Source: Planctomycetota bacterium (GTDB lineage Bacteria > Planctomycetota > MHYJ01 > WSZJ01). From it: a stretch of DNA of 64,000 nt. The stretch spans positions 210,889 to 274,888 of the forward strand of contig JBBTCT010000007.1 in assembly GCA_038060895.1 (NCBI GenBank). The letters are read 5' to 3'. The position numbers and the translations under genes are program-made. The notes beneath the pieces were generated by a model, which was not told the DNA's origin, ran no database searches, and worked only from the letters and a program-made list of their open reading frames with translations. The number at the start of each line of letters is the position of its first letter. The stretch's first letter is position 1. This document shows positions 63,909 to 64,000 of this stretch, one piece after another.

Positions 63909-64000
63909 CTAGGCGGGCAGCGGGTGGCGGAGCAGGGTGCCCTCCAACGACACGCCCCCCACGTCGGCGTAGAGTTGTCCCTCGGTGTGGGACAGGGCGA
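63909..64000 (-). CDS. C-terminal end of an unidentified CDS entering from beyond the window
   Basis: Frame ...ALSHTEGQLYADVGGVSLEGTLLRHPLPA* ending at TAG 63909-63911. Confidence 0.45.
   Translation of the reverse strand, partial: ALSHTEGQLYADVGGVSLEGTLLRHPLPA

Noticed and set aside
1-64000. tRNA, rRNA and transposase genes
   Set aside because: No cloverleaf/T-loop signatures, rRNA motifs or DDE/HUH transposase ORFs were recognised by eye; a covariance-model scan was not possible.

Overview
High-GC bacterial chromosomal window, probably Planctomycetota. That assignment is inferred from gene content: many HEAT/TPR proteins, a Hanks-type Ser/Thr kinase, an ECF sigma/anti-sigma pair, secretin-like proteins and very large hook-associated flagellar proteins. 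The left third is housekeeping and stress genes (BtpA, citrate synthase with a divergent LysR-led operon, PepC, class V aminotransferase, DUF1015, purH). Next come an ECF sigma/anti-sigma locus followed by two internally duplicated secretin-like genes, pirin, an fchA-fhs-folD one-carbon operon, a secreted protein with a Cys-type C-terminal sorting signal and a TolB-like lipoprotein. A 16.5 kb minus-strand flagellar cluster follows (flgF-G-A-H-I-J-N-K-L, fliW, csrA, fliC, flaG, fliD, fliS). The right end holds a flippase, an FkbM-GT2 fusion, PIN/TRAM, rpmB, tatA, a TrpG/PabA-type glutaminase, the kinase and a HEAT/TPR protein. No tRNA, rRNA, CRISPR array or transposase was seen. Best leads: (1) a phage-tail-like module inserted in all three hook-associated proteins; (2) an orphan pair of double-module secretin-like proteins behind an ECF sigma; (3) a candidate sigma28-driven, GGA-containing small RNA downstream of fliS; (4) a probably monofunctional FolD paired with FchA; (5) several long intergenic palindromes; (6) frequent leaderless gene starts, including a LysR gene with no canonical start codon. 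All protein calls come from motif recognition by eye, not database searches.
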